A DNA stretch of 64,000 bases, taken from Podarcis pityusensis. Taxonomy: Eukaryota. Positions 14,436-26,290 of the stretch are shown here, piece after piece (position 1 is the first letter of the stretch; every line of letters starts with the position of its first letter). The notes under the pieces were generated by a model. It saw nothing but the letters and a program-made list of their open reading frames with translations, was not told the origin of the DNA and did not search any database. The translations under genes and the position numbers were made by a program. The stretch is from the NCBI GenBank assembly GCA_964106645.2, contig OZ067047.1. One strand, 5' to 3'.

Positions 14436-14912
14436 CTCTAGAGCACTGGAGACCAATGCATTTCCCCCAACCTGACCAAGATGGATCTCTCTATTTTTAC
14501 TCCCTTCTTCCCAGCACGCCTTGCTAAAAGCACTCTTTTCCTGTCACCTCACAAACACATCATCATCATCATTATCACCTTGGCATCCTCTGTCTGCCCA
14601 AGCCCAATATTACTCTCAAATGAACCATCACCCCATTTTATCATGTTAACGCCTCTATCCCAGGTGAGCCACTAGCTTGGAAAGGAAGCTTAGCCTATAT
14701 TTTTCCACTGGCCTGCAGACTTCCCTTCAGTACCCAAAATTTAAAAAAAAAAAAATACCATTTACTAATTTCTAGAGCTTAGGGGGACTTATAACACCAT
14801 TTCTCCTTCTCCCCACACCCCAACTGTATGTTTAATGTTTATCCCTATGTACACTCACTGGGGAAAACATTGCACATCCAAAATCTCAGGACATTTGGAT
14901 TATAAAACATTA

Positions 14913-15240
14913 AAGGTAAAGGTAAAGGTACCCCTGCCCGTACGGGCCAGTCATGTCCGACTCTAGGGTTGTGCGCCCATCTCACTTAAGAGGCCGGGGG
15001 CCAGCGCTGTCCGGAGACACTTCCGGGTCACGTGGCCAGCGTGACGAAGCCGTTTACCTTCCCGCTATAAAGCGGTACCTATTTATCTACTTGCACTTAA
15101 GGGTGCTTTCGAACTGCTAGGTGGGCAGGAGCTGGGACTGAACAACGGGAGCTCACCCCGCCGCGGGGATTCGAACCGCCGACCATACGATCGGCAAGTC
15201 CTAGGCACTGAGGTTTTACCCACAGCGCCACCCGTGTCCC
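14913..15240 (-). mobile_element. Sauria SINE, full length
   Basis: (AAAGGT)n tail on plus, tRNA-like head with B-box GGTTCGAATCC on minus, core GTACCTATTTATCTACTTGCAC; 13-bp TSD TTATAAAACATTA (14900-14912, 15241-15253). Confidence 0.92.
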
Positions 15241-16767
15241 TTATAAAACATTAGATAACGATGATTTTCCATGGCACACATGCAATGATTTAAATTACCA
15301 TAGACTTTGTTCAGATGGCTGCAATGTATCAGGAAAGATACAAATTGATACGTGTCATGTTTAAAAATAAGTGTCATTATCATTCCAGTAAAATATCTTT
15401 TCAGACTATTAACAACATAATTTCTCCTCTGCTTGACTGCTGGCATACACCAGTCTTAAGGTCTTTAGGAAGCTGATGTCTCAGTTAGTCTGCCATGGGG
15501 GAAATGTCATTGTCATTAAAGCACTGTTAATTAATTAATCCCCATTATTTGATTGGAATAGCCATTCTGCCCTCATTTTGCACCGTCATTACTTCCTCCA
15601 TTTAATTTTCACAGAACTAAAATTTTGCAGGGCTGACTGTGAGGCAAATGTGATATTTCATGCAGGTAGAATTAAGGTGAGTAAGGAATTTCTGTTTCAA
15701 AAAGAGCAATTCATGAAAAATGATACATGATACGACCACATTACAAAAGACAGGAATCATACTGCCTATCGTTTCCCAAAAATATTTAGTGTGCTTGGAT
15801 CCTCCCAAAACTGGGGAAAGTACAAACAACATGCCATATGGAAATTTCTGTCTCGACATTCGGGTGAAAAATTGTCAACCCAGCTCTGCCACTTAAGGAA
15901 GCACCAACTTCTGGCTCCCTGCAGACTGTGACACCAGCTGTCAATCAGTACTTCACTGACAACATCAGAGACTTCCCTACTGAATTGAAAGCTGCACAGA
16001 ATTCTTTCCAGAGGTAGAAGACACTCCTTATCTTGGCAGGAGGTCCGTGCATTTCGCCAGACTGGAGCAATGCGTATGTCTGTAACCATTTCTCCTGTTT
16101 GCCTTGATGGAATGGGAAACCCTGCGATTAAATGCTGCTTGAATTTAGACTCAGCTAGGGGCCAGAGAGATTAGATATAGGAGATCACATAGGAGGGCTT
16201 CCCTGTTAACATGCAAAAAGCTTCTAGAAGGGAAGGAAACACAATATAAAGTAACAGATCAGATATTTCAGGGGCGGGGGACATTTTTTTCTGCCCAAGG
16301 GCCATTTTCCCTTCTAGGCAAACCTTTCAGTGGTGGGTGGAGCAACAAATGCTCATTTACTCACAGCTTGTGGTCTGTGATGGGAGCTTAAAACTATGTC
16401 TCCACCGCACAAATTGCCTTCTCATTTTTAGCTGCTGCAAGGCATGTTTGGTGATCGTCCTCTAATGTGTGTTTGGCTGCTTGCTCTCCTCATCACCTGC
16501 ACCACATTGCTCCGATTGTGATAGCGCTTCATGCTTGCTGGGAAGTTATCTGAAGTGCCCAGACACAGGTCTTCTGCCAAGTGTTTGGGAGCACGCATAT
16601 TGATTCTGAATGTGTGCCATCGTGCCTCTTTCGTTGCTGTTGTTGGTCCTTTCTTACACTAGGGGAGGATTTAAACTCTGTTTTTTGCGGGTGCTTTTCT
16701 CCCCCAACAACTGTCAGATTCCTCTCCCCTAGTCTGCTTGATCCTAAATGCATAGCGGTGCAGATGG

Positions 16768-16855
16768 AGCAGTCTTATAGAAAAGGCCATTAGAGCTGTT
16801 GTCTTATGCAGAGGCATAAGACAACAGCACTAATGGTCTTTTCTATAAGACTGCT
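16768..16855. repeat. Near-perfect inverted repeat (42-bp arms, 4-nt loop)
   Basis: Arms 16768-16809 and 16814-16855 are complementary at 40/42 positions; loop AGAG. Confidence 0.95.
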
Positions 16856-17190
16856 TTTTCACCCGCGACCTACCAGAGCAGGCATCCAGCAGGCAAATAG
16901 AAACACCGTGTAAAAATTTCAGCCTTCAACAGATACACAGATGGTGCTTAGAGGTAGTGCACTCCCGGCGGTCATCTTCCGGCCATTTTACAGGTTGTTT
17001 TAGAGGAAAGCTGGAATGTATGTAACTACCAGGCAGTGTTGTTAAAATTCCTATCTCCTGCAAGTCCTGCAGTGAAAGAGAGAGAGGGATTTTACTTTAG
17101 TTTAGTTTAGTTTTTAGTTTAGTTTTCTCCATATGCCAATACATTTCAAAGTTGTACTTTAATTATTTCCTGGAAAGAAGGTTTTGCAAT

Positions 17191-17192
<2 letters not shown>

Positions 17193-17242
<50 letters not shown>
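17193..17242. repeat. (CT)n microsatellite
   Basis: Direct reading. Confidence 0.95.
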
Positions 17243-17248
<6 letters not shown>

Positions 17249-20200
17249 CTTGTTATCACCATGACATTCAGGTAAGTAACAAAAAATGTGTGTTAAAACA
17301 GACAGGTACAGTTATTAAAGGTGAACTATGTATGTGATTTGATTTGTAGAACAATGTACTAATATTATTACGCATGTCCACTGGGACCCCAAAAGCAGTT
17401 TTCAAGGGCAACAGAAAAAGCAATTTGAGGGCTGCTGTCCTAGTGCAAGGGAAGAGAGAGAGAAGGCAGTCAGGATGCTGAAATGCATTTCTTTTTTCAC
17501 TGTAGAGTAGAGCTCAATATACCCCACTGCAGAGGTAGCTAGCTAGCTACAGAGGACAGATGGACAGGCTGACCAACACCAACTACACACCTTCTTAAAT
17601 CACCCAGCAATCAGAACAGCAGCCACTAAATTTGTGTGTCAATTACCCAGTTTGTGGGGCGGCACAAAACAGGGGTTTGCAGCACAAAATGGCACAAAGC
17701 TAGCACCAAGCATTGGCACTTGTTTGCAGTCAGTCGGACAAGGCTGGATTTTTTTCCAGTATTAACTTGTGATCCTGAATTGCTGTCCCCCCCCCCATGA
17801 AATGTGGGGTTCACAGCACTAAACTAGCACTAAACTTTGGGAGGATCTGGAATTTTGGGGTCTCATGTTAATGGAGCTTATATTCCACCTATATCATGAT
17901 ACTTGTTTTATGTAGGCTATTGATATGTATATTTCTATGCATCTGGTAGCATGGCCATAGAGCACCTGTCATATAATAAGGAAACACCTGCCACATATAA
18001 AGAGATATAAATAAAAGTGCAAGTTTTAAAGAAGCCTGGCAGATAGGCTCTCACTTTTCACAGAGGCACCCTCAAATCCTTCTGTGTACTATCAAACCCT
18101 AGTGGTGTGTGCCAACAGGACTGAAACCAAAATGAGACTGCAAGTGGAAGAAATCAACTTAACTGAAGGATCCTGAGACTGACAGGGAAAGGGAACAATC
18201 CAAGGAAGCGAAATAAACCAACAGCCAGCTCAGAGAGGATTGAGCATGATCAGTGGTCACAGGACTGTCAGCTGGAAAAGAAAGGGGAGGGATAGAATGG
18301 AGTATATTGGATGGCAAGTGCCCCAAACTCCTGTTAGGTGATGAGAATACACTGCAACCATTTTTCAGAGGTCCCACTTATAATTACGTTCCCATTTGCA
18401 CTGTTCTTTACTCTGGCATACTCAGTTTAACAGCAAAATGCCAATCTAGCCTTTTAATAACCCAATATCGATCCACACTTTACACAAATGTAACCTCCAA
18501 TGATATTACGTTTTTGGAAAGGTGATGTGTGTGTGGAGTTTCTTTCCCTTTCCCCCCCAGTTAACAAAACTTTCTTCGGTAACTTATCTTTGCCACATCT
18601 CTTGAAGGGCAACTGATTACTTACTCTCTCTTTACCTTTTCACCTCTGCCTGCTCTGGTTATAATGTGGAGTTTATGATGTAATTATATCAGACACAGCT
18701 GAAATAGCCCCCCTTATCACTGAGCTGATTACACTTAACAAGGCATAAACTCCCTTTCTCCCTCTCTGCTAGGAGTCCAATTTTAAGCTCTAATTGTTTT
18801 ATGGCCCTTTTGCACTCAGAGGGAGGGGGCGGGGGGAGAAAGAGTAGAAAAATTGTTGCCATTTACATATGTTGTGCAAGGCACATTTGTCAACTGCCTT
18901 GCTAAGAAAAAAAAGAAAGAAAAAGAGGTCCCTAAACAGCCACTTAAATGGCTGGGAAATAATACAAAATGGAGACTGTGGATCGTTAACTTATGAGAGG
19001 ATCAACAGTGAGACCTAAAATTACCCTGGTTCCTTTACAGAGCTGTTGCCAATTATTGGGGGGGGGTTCTTTATTTTGCATTCTTGTGGAGGGCCAGCCC
19101 AACTGTTAGACAGATGAGGCAGTCAACTTAGGCAGAAAGCATACCCTGCAACTGTCCCATTTTGAGCGGGACATCCCAGTATCACAAAAGCCAATCCCAG
19201 CTTTTGTTTGCATCCTGGAATGTCCCATTTTTTGGTCCATCACTCACACCAGAGCGCTGGACCGAAAGATGCTCACTCCGCCACGAGTCAGCAGGGTCGC
19301 AACAAAGCTCTGCCATGACCCTGCTGTTGAGCACCAGAACACCACCCAATCTGATGCACTGGTGCTCATCACAGGGTTGCATTGAAAGTCCAGCACTCTG
19401 GGCACGACCCTGCTGATGAGCACCAGAGCACTGGATCAGAAGGAGCGCCCCTCCTGCTGGCCTGATTTGGGGGATGAAAATGTCAAAGGATATGGCAGAA
19501 AGTGATGGGGATGTGGGAACAGCCATGAGGAGTTGGGAGGGCAGTGTCCTATGTGTCATGCATGGTCTGCCCTTAACGGTGACTGGTTATGCATTGTCAA
19601 AAAAGAGCATGCGCAACAAAAGAGGGCACCAGCTGCCGTTAGATTTGCACATCTAACCATGGAAGTCCTTGCATTGCAGCACCTGCCATGTGAAACGTAT
19701 CGCCCACTGAACTTAAATTTTTTTGATCCTAACCATTTAAATCTTGCATACAATATCCCCTTTTCACTCATTCTCCCCACAGCACATATATTGAGCACAT
19801 AGAAGGGGACATGGAGTTGAGATCCTGTGACCATCAGTAGAAACGTGAAAGGGTCTTCTGTGTGCATACAGTTCCAACCTTCGATATATGTGGTGGGGAG
19901 GCAGGCAAAGCGAACTGAGACAGAGCATCTGGTAGATCTTAAGCTTGGGAAAGAGAGAAGATGATTGGCTGAAAGAAAGTAAAAAAAGGGGGATTGCAAT
20001 GCAGTAAATGACAAACCATTTATTTACAGTACAGCACTGAGCAGTTTTCAGAGAATTGCCATGTATATCATGTTGCTGAGAAATTGTAATCTATGTTTAT
20101 GTGGTTTTTGCAACCCCACCTGTAATACCATGTTCCTTTCTTGACATATTAGGGGTCAAAAGAGGAGAACCATGTTTAATAATATAAACTGATAAATTTA

Positions 20201-20818
20201 AGCTGATTTACAGATGAAGGTGAAACGGCTAACTATACGGAAGCTGAGAAAGCAATGGTGAATATTGGATAGGGTAAGCAAAGATGAATGTGGATGAGGG
20301 ATGTATTTAAAGAGGAAATTGAGTATTTACCTAGGGAAATAGAAGATTAAGATTAAAAGAAATTAAACAGCTAAATTTAGGGCAGGCAGCATGCAACCTT
20401 TTTTTGTTAGTTCTTGCCACAACTTACCTGGAAAAGCAATAGGTCTCTGACATCGGTCCATTAAACATACCTGTGTGTGACTACATTTACTGTAGGGAAT
20501 TGACTTTCAATTGCCTGGAAGGATGGGTTCTTGAAGCGTCATATAAGTCTCAACCATTCTCTACATTTGTGGAGTGCTAGAATTTTAATAGCTGTGAGTG
20601 TTGCATGGCAAAGATTAAGAAGGGTATTAGCCAACTGGCACCCAAGAACAGGAGGAAGAACTGAATTGCATTGGAAGAATCTAAGCCTGGAGGGTTTGAG
20701 TGTGAGGGAAGAGAAAGCTTGCACAACACCTTCTAGCACAGCTGTGGGGAAACTGGCCCTCCAGATGTCATCGGACTCCAACTCCCATCAGTCTCAGCTG
20801 ACATGGCCAATCATAGGG

Positions 20819-20977
20819 TGTTGGGTTGAAATCACGACAGACGAGTGGTGAGTGTCAAAGGAGAGGCGTCTGCCGGGGCAAGCCCCGGGAACTCTCTTTT
20901 ATTGAATATTACAAACATTGCCACAGGTGTGCTTGTGGCTGATTGGTTGATACAAACACAAAGAAAACTTCCCTTCA
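20819..20977 (-). mobile_element. Miniature solo LTR (159 bp)
   Basis: TG...CA termini; 6-bp TSD ATAGGG (20813-20818, 20978-20983); CCAAT and AATAAA on minus; splits an older short repeat. Confidence 0.7.
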
Positions 20978-21043
20978 ATAGGGGATGGTGAGAGTTGTGG
21001 GTGTTTTTCTTGGCTTTTGCAATACAATGTGCAAGCTTTACGC

Positions 21044-21549
21044 CAGGGCCGGCTTACCCATAGGTGCTAGGGGTGCGGGGCTGAGAGTCCGGGGCTGAGA
21101 TTTGGAGTCTAGGGATTGAAGAGCCAGGCCAGCTGACAGCTGCTGCAGAGTGGAGCAGAGCCCGTCGGAGCGCCACAGGCTTTTCTGCTGCGGGCACAGA
21201 GGCAACCAGCCAGCTCTGCCCTCCTGCACGCCTGGGATTGGTGGGCCATTGAGAGGGCCATTAAAAGAAATTAAACAGCTAAATTTAGGGCAGGCAGCAT
21301 GCAACCTTTAGGGCAGGAAGCATGCACACTGCTCACACAAGGCATGCAGCTTCCCTCCCAAGCCTTTGCGGGGATTGCTCTCCTCCCTCCACCCGCAGTG
21401 GCATGGGAGAGAGTTGCATGCCCCCCCAAAAAAGCTCAACAACTCTGAGCTGTCCCCCTAAAAAATGCTGAACAACTTTGGCCTGCCAAAATTGGGGGCA
21501 CTGGGCAGTTTTTTGAACCCCAGTGCTGCATATGCTAAAGACGGCCCTG
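21044..21549. mobile_element. Non-autonomous hAT element
   Basis: TIRs CAGGGCCG / CGGCCCTG; TSD CTTTACGC/CTTTACAC. Confidence 0.85.
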
Positions 21550-24500
21550 CTTTACACATACAACTAATGAAACTGCAGGCAATCATCTTTCCCGATGGCA
21601 CCGTTAGTAGGAGTCTGTTGTGCTTCTGAAATGTTTGCCTCCAGCCAGAGTACAGGCTGCTCTACCTTTCCCCTTTTAAATTCTCGTCCTAAACAAGATT
21701 GGGTGGAAGAAGGTTTCATTCTGTATCAGGTGAATTAACTTCCACACAATCTGCTTACGGTCAGGGAGGATTTGTTGGAATGACATTAACACCCCACACA
21801 CACACACACACTTTTTTGGGGAGTTTATCTGCAGTAAATTCAGGAATGACTGTTGCTGTGATCTGTACTGTAACTGGGCAGACTGTAGCCCTCCTGAAGC
21901 AGATCAATGAGTCCATTCAGCCCTCATATCTTATTTTGCACAATAGTCATTTCTGGATGTTGGAAGTAGTACAAAACAATGTAGGTGTGAACATGGCATG
22001 GCTACTACTCAAGCAAATCTGCAGTGAGATGGGAAGGGCTCACCCATCACTATATTAAAACTTCCACTCATGCAGTGAGACTTCCCCTTTCTCTCGCCCT
22101 CAGCTCTCTCAGTATCACAGCCCGCTATTCATACAAAACATGGTGGTATTGGCAGACTTCAGGGAATCCAAAGGTTTACAGAAGCACAAAGAAGCTTTAG
22201 GTAAGAACCCCCTCCCAAACAGCCTACTGAGCATGCTCAGTGGCTGTGGAATGCCTGGGCAGTGAATGGAAAGCCTGGTGTGAAGGGGAATGGAACAGAA
22301 TTGAATATCCTGAACAGGAGCACTCTGCCCGCATGCTCCAGTTTTGCATTTTGCTTTCTTAATATGACTGTCACCTGGAGATGCAGACTGTAGAAATTGC
22401 CTTCCCTGCATTGTTACCCTTTCCTTCTTTTCCTTCCTGCACCTACCATAGACTGAAGCCAAACTATATTCAGACAATGTTTTATTTGTACAGTTTGCCA
22501 AGAGACCTTGGGACCAGGAGTTGCTGTAATGTTGTTTATATTTACATTAGAAGAAGTGCAGCTGGCAGCTGAGATTTGCAGCTTAGGTAGCCTCATAGGA
22601 AAGAACATCACATTTTGGGGCTGGAGAATAAATAGCTTTAAAATTGTATGAGGAAAGAATTTAAATGGAACCAAACTGACCCTCTCCCCCACCTGTTCTT
22701 TGAGCTTCTTTTTTTTTTTTTTTTTTAAAGTCATTAGCAAGCACAAGCAATAGGGAATATTTCCAAGAGATCTCTCCATATGCAAAGCTCTTTGGATTAG
22801 GAAGCCACATGTTCAGAGATGCCAAAATGTCTGCACAATTTCTGGCAGCCAGGAAACAGGCCCACAAACTTTTTTTTGATGCTTCCAGCCACAGAAGCTA
22901 AGCCTGGGTCTTAAAGAGGAAAGAGCTCATTGATCCCCAAGTGTTAAAATCAAGATCCCAAAGATGATAGAGGCCGGGAAATAATTAGTTACTTTGCTCT
23001 CTGTCTGATCCATGCCAACTTTGCAGGTGATTCATAAGTCAATTCCATCCCCATTCCCATATGCAGTATGCACTAACATGCATATTTTATCACAAAATAG
23101 CATTCAAACATGTATTTTTGCTGTGTGCACATTTCAGGGATGTGTTTTATATTAAAATATACATTTTACTCATTTTGGTTTCTGTTCATTTTAGGAGAGA
23201 ACTATATTGCAAAATTCAGAGAAGTGAAAAATCTGAAAAAGAATTGTGTTCCAATCTGTGTGTTGGTCTAAAAGGTGCAAATTGGATTCATTTACTTTTT
23301 AAACAATAAAGCAAATTAAATTCTCCTCCATCCCTAACTAGGGCATGTTGAGAGGAGGCTTCCTCTGTTCCTTGTTAAGATTCTGTTTTCAGGAAATGAG
23401 GGGTCCTTATACCAAGTCAGAACTGATTGGTTATATACTCAGGGTGGCTGCAGCTTGCCAGGGCCTCAGGGTCTTATCCAAAACAGCTGCCTGAGATATT
23501 TTATTAAGAGATGCCAGGGATTGTAAATGGGATTATATACTAGTGGTACAGTTAGGTAATTTTAGACCGGACTTAATAGTCTTCTGAGAGCCATTTTCTT
23601 TAGATGCTAATGCAAATAATTTCACTTCAGAATGGGGTAAATCAGGCCTGCCCTCAACCATTCTGCTGATTTTGCTCATTATGCCCCCATACCCCACCCT
23701 GATGGCATCACTCTCTTACATATGCAAAACCTGTTTTCCTAGCCAGTGAGATGAAGTCAAACACAGGCTTTTTCCTCACAACCCACCAAAGTCTTGCCTC
23801 CTTACTGGGATCAGCAGATGCCTCACCTAGATGATCCCTGACATGCCTCCAGTCACACTGCTGTATCCAGTGCCAAGGTGGGGAACCTTTTTCAGCCCGG
23901 GGGCCACATTTCCTCATGGGAAACCTTCCAGGGGCCACATATCAGTGGATAGAGAAGCAGGTGGACATGACTCTTCCCTCTGTGTGGTAGGCTTCCAGCA
24001 ACCCATGCGCAGTTCAGGGGTTTCTACATCTGAATCTCTCCACCCAGGCAGGCAAGCGTATTATTACAGATGGACATGCTGCAGCCAGGAATGGGGTTCA
24101 AGGATGGGATGGATCAGGGCTAGTAAGGGGTGTGAATGAAGTGCAGCCTGGGAAGAGTTTCAACGTGGACAGAGAGGCCGCATTTGCCCCTCAGGCCTGA
24201 GGTCCCCCACCCCAGAAAAAGCCAGTGTTTTACAGATGTCTCAGCTATGCCAGACTTCAATGTACAGGCTGCAAGCCCTCGGCAGATGATATCTCTTTTA
24301 CAAAGCCAAGCATTTCTAAACAGCATTGTGCTATAGCTACACCTGGGAAACCCTTAAAACAACAAGCTTCACATGAATTGTTTCCACAGATGGCAGGGAA
24401 GCAATAGGCATTGCAAACACCGGTAAAGATAGAGATGTAACACTCAAAAGGGGACAGTGAGAAAATAATGAAGTGAAATTCATCTGAGAAGCGATTTAGA

Positions 24501-25294
24501 AGCAGAGAAAGTCGATGCAGGAAAGGAACCCAGGCTGCAATTATTGCTGGAAGTGGCTTTGGATGGTGGCAAAGGAGAGCAAATTAACTAGAACTACACA
24601 AGGCGATACGGATAAGGGTAATGTGCAGTGGACTTTAGTCCAAGTCATAGCTACACAAGGAAGATGAGCCGCTACTGACAACTGTCAGCCAAATTTCCCT
24701 CGACAGACTGTTGGTGGGTGCTGGAAGCATTCCACACCGACTTCATGGTAATGGAAGCCTGGTGCTGCCTACCGTATTGAAAGATCTGTGTGCTAATTGA
24801 CACACTGATATTTCACGCATGGTGGGGTGAAGAGGAACTAAGCTTGGCGCTGCTGAGCTGTACCATTGCCCAACCATATGGAGCCCAAACCTAGTTTCTA
24901 CAGCAGAGATGATAGAGAAGGATAGGCAGGCAGGCAGCTGGGCCACAACAGCTGAGGAGCAAGGAAAATTGGACCTACCCAGTTATCCTACTATGCAGTC
25001 CTATTTGAAGGACTGTTTGGTCCAAGTCCAGTTTAAAAAGAAGAATAGCCATAGGAAGGGGGACAAGGGTTTTGAAGTTGCCCATCAACAGTTAACACCT
25101 AGACAGCAGACAGAGTTCTTAGAAGAATTCTGTATCTAAGAACTAGTGCCTGAGATCAATGTTTTTCCCCCATCTGCCTCCCAATTCATTTTCCTTTTGT
25201 GTCGTGTCTTGTAGATTGTAAGTTTAAGAGCAGGGACTGTCTTACTATTGATAAGAGAATACACAAAGTATTCTTGACACTGTGGATATATGGA

Positions 25295-25510
25295 AGTAGG
25301 TGTGAAACAGGGTTGTGTTCTCACTCCAAATGTCTTTCCCTGGTGCTCTTCTATGCATTCAGCTCAACTGGAGACAGTATGGACTTCCATTCAAAGTGTG
25401 ATGAGGGTCTGTTCAACCTGACAGGTCTCCACGCCAAAACAAAAGTATGGCAGGTTCTTATCTGCGAGATGTTGTTTGTGGATGATGTGGTCTTGACAGT
25501 GCACTCCAAG
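25295..25510 (+). mobile_element. Short internal RTE RT fragment (a second RTE family)
   Basis: GTGTGAAACAGGGTTGTGTTCTC (VKQGCVL) and GLFNLTGLHAKTKVWQVLICEMLFVDD. Confidence 0.75.
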
Positions 25511-25849
25511 GAGAAAGTTGCCCATGAGGGAATAGGCCCTTAGACTGGAGAAAGAAATGTTCCCTGTTTCTGCACTATAGAATGAGGGTGTTTTGTAGTG
25601 GGGGGACAACAGGCATCTCCTTGACACTTTGAAATCAAACTGTTCTGGATCACTAGGTTAAATGGTTTTTCACTGCTCTAGCAAGTGAGGACAAGAACAG
25701 AATCTACACAGGGTTTTTATTTTTAATAGGATATTGTTTTGCTATTGACTTTTGAAGCATCTCACCTACGCGAGCAGGAAGGTGATATCTCATCTTGATG
25801 TCAGCAACGAGACCAGAACTCAAGCCTGTGTTTCATGCAAGGCCCCTCG

Positions 25850-26290
25850 CTACTTGAAGAGAAGTTGATGAGCAGGAGAGAGTCCAGAGAAGAGCTGTAA
25901 AAATGATGAAGAGGACAGGAAGTCTTGATTGATGAGGGGGGAAATTAAGAGTATGCTTAGGTCGGCTGAACAGCAACTACCTGGAGATTAGCAGATCACC
26001 TTCCGAAAGGGCTTGAAGGGTAAAGATAAAGGTGGGGGTGAAGACGCAAATAGTGGGGGCTGGACCAAGTCACAGAAATGAAGACTAATGAGATTAAACT
26101 GAGCAGAAGGGGAAAATTTAGGCTGGATATCCGGGAGGGTTGACTGGCTTTTGACGGCAAGATGGATTAGATGGTGGAGCAATCTCCCAAAAACAAGGAG
26201 GTGGAAGTGCTTTGGATGAGTTATTAAGATAAGCAGTATGAACAGGACAATGCAGGATCATAATCCAACCAGCTCTTAAGGATTTAACAT
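25850..26290 (+). mobile_element. Ancient CR1/L3 3' fragment
   Basis: GAGAGAGTCCAGAGAAGAGC..AAAAATGAT and AAATTTAGGCTGGATAT, both degraded CR1 signatures. Confidence 0.6.

Noticed and set aside
13984-14796. Possible solo LTR (TGTTAC...ATAACA) containing a hAT MITE
   Set aside because: No matching TSD and no clear poly(A) signal.
15160-15240. tRNA-like sequence with a B-box
   Set aside because: It is the head of a Sauria SINE, not a tRNA gene.
24450-25000. Possible ancient L2 ORF2 fragment on the minus strand
   Set aside because: Only faint motif resemblance; cannot be supported without a profile search.
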